DNA from: Lytechinus pictus | Lineage: Eukaryota | NCBI RefSeq assembly: GCF_037042905.1 | Contig: NC_087245.1 | Location: forward strand, 2,234,001 to 2,298,000 | Direction of reading: 5' to 3' | DNA: 64,000 bases | In this document: positions 60,401-64,000 of the stretch, in pieces | Layout of the letters: every line of letters starts with the position of its first letter | Position numbering within the stretch: the stretch's first letter is position 1 | Program-made: the position numbers and the translations under genes | The notes under the pieces: generated by a model | What the model saw: the letters and a program-made list of their open reading frames with translations, nothing else | The model's database searches: none | Told to the model about the DNA's origin: nothing

Positions 60401-61685
60401 CAGACCATAGATAAGCATAGCAACATACATTTAACAATACTAAATCATATTCAAGAAATGCATGCAAATGAAAAAAAAATTGACAAAGCGTCACTCAATT
60501 ATTATGACAGCAGCAGCCGGGGGGGGGGGGGTACCCATTCTGCTGTGTCCGAAATTCGTCGAAAAGTCAGTTATAGAATTGATCATATTCTGTCAAATGA
60601 ATCTAAAACTTCGAGATAATATATTCAAAACGCGACAAAACCCGAGTGATCACAATGAGAGGTGAAGAGGTGGGGGGGGGGGGGGGGTACGTGAGATCGA
60701 GTATCAACGAGAAATTAACCCCTGCGAGTGTGCTCCACATGCATTACTAATAGTATGCATTACACGTATCGTGTGTGTGTGCATACAGCATGCAAAGCTG
60801 TGTATACGCGCTCTATCTATAAATAGAAAATATGAATACTAATTAGGTGAAATCGTATGCGCGTACACCGTATACGTGCATGCTATGATTGCATACATAA
60901 ATGCATACACGTAGATATTCTATATGGAGCTAGGGCCAGGGGTTTGATTTTAGTGCCCATGTATATATGGGCATGGCCTGCATGTATTCGCCCTAAATTT
61001 AATCATCTATTATATTTTGTGTTACCCTCATACACTACATTTCCTAGTTTTGCAATAACCAAGACGTGCCATTTCACTAAATAAGACCTTTGTATATTTT
61101 CCCTTTATTCATTCATTGAATTAATTAGCTTAATGCAAGTTTTATTACCCCTACAAACTGACACTAAATAATGTTCCTGTAACATGATCATTAATTTATG
61201 CATTCTGCTCTTGCTTCGCTCTCGCATTATTTATTTGAGGCTATATTTTTTGGGAGGGCAGTTAAAATCTCAAATTTTCATAAGACATAACAAAAAGCCT
61301 TATAAAAGTTATATGCTTCCCACTTGATCATTAATTTACTTTCTTAGACTTTCTTTAATTAATGCACTGTATGCACAAACGTATTCATGTTTACCGTTTT
61401 TCAATGCATGTGAATAAAAATGATTTAGAATTTATATTTCATTAATCAGGAATGTTGCACGAACAGTCCATCTACATTTCAACCTTCATTCATCGTCACT
61501 CCTGTATAATTGGAAAATATGTCAAATGGTTCAGTTGTCATTTTAAAAGATGTAAAACTAAAATTAAGGACAACCCAGGGCCTTAGGCCCTATCTTTATT
61601 TGCATACTTGTTCTTATTGATTTAATTCATTTTCGATTCTTGTGAGATCTCATTTCATACCATTATCATTGTTGCCATTATTACA

Positions 61686-61785
61686 CGATGGATCATTGGT
61701 CTTAACTAAGGCCCGTCGATGGATCATGAACTAAAGGCCCGACGAAGGATCATTGGTCTTTTATAAGGCCTGACGAAGGATCAGA
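61686..61785. repeat. ~30-bp degenerate tandem repeat
   Basis: CGA(T/A)GGATCATTGGTC...AAGGCC units, 3-4 copies. Confidence 0.7.
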
Positions 61786-62063
61786 TTGCCATTGATAAAG
61801 TAAGTACATGTACCAAAGGGTGGGGGGCTGGGGGTGACATTTGTGTAATAAGAATTCACGTACGTTTTAGGGGGCAAGATGGCGTATAAAGGGCAAGATC
61901 TGGAAGCTTGGGAGCGCGCGATCATGAACATCATCAAAATGGAGATTCACGATCGACAGTAAATTATAATTGGGGGGGCGGGGGTATGATAGCGCAGGCC
62001 TTTCCCCGGCCCCTATAAGATCGGAGGGTCGTTAGTCGTAAAAGTAGAGGGTCGTATCGTTCG

Positions 62064-62646
62064 TTTAAGGACAAGCCTACCCCAACTAAAAAAAATATTT
62101 GAAAAAAGAGAAAAATCTAAAAGCATAACATTGAAAATGACATCAAAATCGGATATAAAATAGTTATGAAATTTCAAAGTTTCGCTTAATTTCACATAAC
62201 ACTTGTATGCACATCCTGGTCGGTATGCAAACGACGAGACTGATGACGTCATCCACTCACTATTTCTTTTGTATTTTATTATACGAAATATGAAATATTC
62301 TAAATTTCTCCTCATTGTCAAGTGAAACAGTGATCAATTCCTCCCATGTGGAATTTGCATTGTTTATTACAATATGGTTCGGTCAAGTCGGTCAAATCTG
62401 TAAAAAAAAAAATAATTATTGTATAATTATTCAAACCATTTAGTGAGTGATGGACATCATGGACTGACCCATTTGCATGTCACCGAGTTGTGCACATCAC
62501 CGTTTTGTGAAAAATAAGCGAAATTTTAAAATACCACAACTTTCTTATTTTACATCCAATTTTGATGAAATTTTCAGTGTTAGGCTAGTTTGATTTTTCT
62601 CTATTTATTAAAATCAACATTTTGCTGGGGTGGACTTCACCTTCAA
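62064..62646. mobile_element. Kolobok/T2-like foldback element
   Basis: TTTAAGGACAAGCCTACCCCAAC ... GCTGGGGTGGACTTCACCTTCAA; long internal inverted arms. Confidence 0.7.
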
Positions 62647-63659
62647 TTATAAGGAAAGGAGTGTCGCTAAACAAATAGTAGAGGGTCGCCGGTCATAAGA
62701 GTGTCGCTATAAAGTACGAGAAGACTGTTACATAGTCATCATCATGTTAAAGGGGGTCGCTATTCATAATCAAAGAAGAGGATCGCTAGCATACAGTTAT
62801 AACATGGAAAAGCTTAGCTAGGTTTAATATTCATAAGGGTCGCCAGTAGTAAAACATAGACACGATAGACTCGTAATATATAGTCATAACAGAAGAGGGT
62901 CGCAAGTCATTAAAGCAGAAGGGGATCGCAGGTCATTAATAGTATTAGTAATGCCAGAGGTCACCAGTCACAATATTTATGGGGGTGACTTAAACTATAT
63001 TTTCCCCAATAAGACATCTCAAAAGGTCTAAGTTAATTACAAATGCAAGGTCAAAGCGCGAGCTCTTTTTGGATACTTCATTTATTCAGACCTGAAAATT
63101 TGAAACAACGCAATTGGCCGTAAATTCTTATTCATAGACTTAAAGACATTATGAAGAGAATAACTTGGCCATTGATATGAGCATTAAGAATAATTAGGGA
63201 TGCACCATTAGATATCCAGGGGGGCTGGAAGTTAAAAAACAAAACTTGTTAAATGAGCAAAAAAAATCTTGACTCGCCATCAGAGTAAAAAAAAAATTGG
63301 TCCACTGATAAATCATATGAAAGGGGCAAAAACTGCTCGTGCTTCGCGCTCGCATTATTCATTTATTTGAGCCTAGTATTTCGGGGGGGAGGGGGTTACT
63401 CAGTGTGTTCCTTATGTAAAGGCGCTTAAAATCTCAAATTTTCATATCACATAAAAATCGTCTTATAGGCTTCCCATCACTTGCATCAAGATATCAATCC
63501 TTTTCATTACAAAAAGTACATAGAATGTCCTGTTTGGGGGTCTAAACCTTAAAAAATAGCACACACTTTCCGCTCATATTAGATCATGGTTACAAAACTA
63601 AGTGTTTAGAATGTCCGGTCATGAAATCGAGTTTTCAAAGGAGGTAAAAAAAAAGGTAA

Positions 63660-63992
63660 ATTGCCGATTCGTCCATTGCCAACACATCTTCTCACGTCCA
63701 TCAACATTACGTCTAACAATCATTATAGGTCAATGACCATAATGTGCTATCAACATTTAGTCTAATCACCAGTTAGTCTATGACCATTTCGTCTAACCAG
63801 TTGGATTAATACTCGTTGATTTCCATTTGTTTTGCCGAATAAACATTTTAGACCAATTGTATAAAGAAATGACTTTTGGACCAACTGGTTATTAGACGAA
63901 ATGGCAATTATACCATGCGTATATTTTGACAACTGATGGTAGACAAACTTCTATTATACGAGTTGGTAATTTGACGAACTAGTATTTGACTT
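63660..63992. repeat. Degenerate inverted/tandem repeat (CATTTCGTCTAA / TTAGACGAAATG), MITE-like
   Basis: Left half has GTCTAA units; right half has their complements. Confidence 0.55.
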
Positions 63993-64000
63993 AATGAAAA

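Noticed and set aside
50000..64000. Second protein-coding gene among the short ORFs
   Set aside because: The ORFs are low-complexity or overlap repeats, with no recognisable domains or consistent exon chain.

Overview
AT-rich animal genomic DNA, most likely an invertebrate deuterostome such as a sea urchin (inferred from intron positions and repeat types, not proven). Positions ~3.8-40.2 kb hold a + strand EGF receptor (EGFR/ErbB) gene. I traced 30 GT-AG exons at 29 exon positions, giving a continuous frame of ~1486 aa; the signal-peptide exon is not visible in the window. Main finding: the exon encoding the C-terminal half of ligand-binding domain III (L2; human EGFR exon 12 equivalent) exists as two divergent tandem copies (11040-11251 and 11722-11927) with identical splice phases. 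Including both or neither gives an early stop, so they look like mutually exclusive exons, resembling the FGFR IIIb/IIIc ligand-specificity switch but in EGFR. They are followed by a dense cluster of UGCAUG (Rbfox) motifs, a candidate alternative terminal exon (truncated decoy receptor) and a long RNA hairpin in the same intron. Introns and the downstream 24 kb contain many MITEs, LINE remnants and satellites. These include a (TA)n-embedded element carrying a complete tRNA cloverleaf with a UCA anticodon, and an array of one 7-mer spaced ~200 bp apart.
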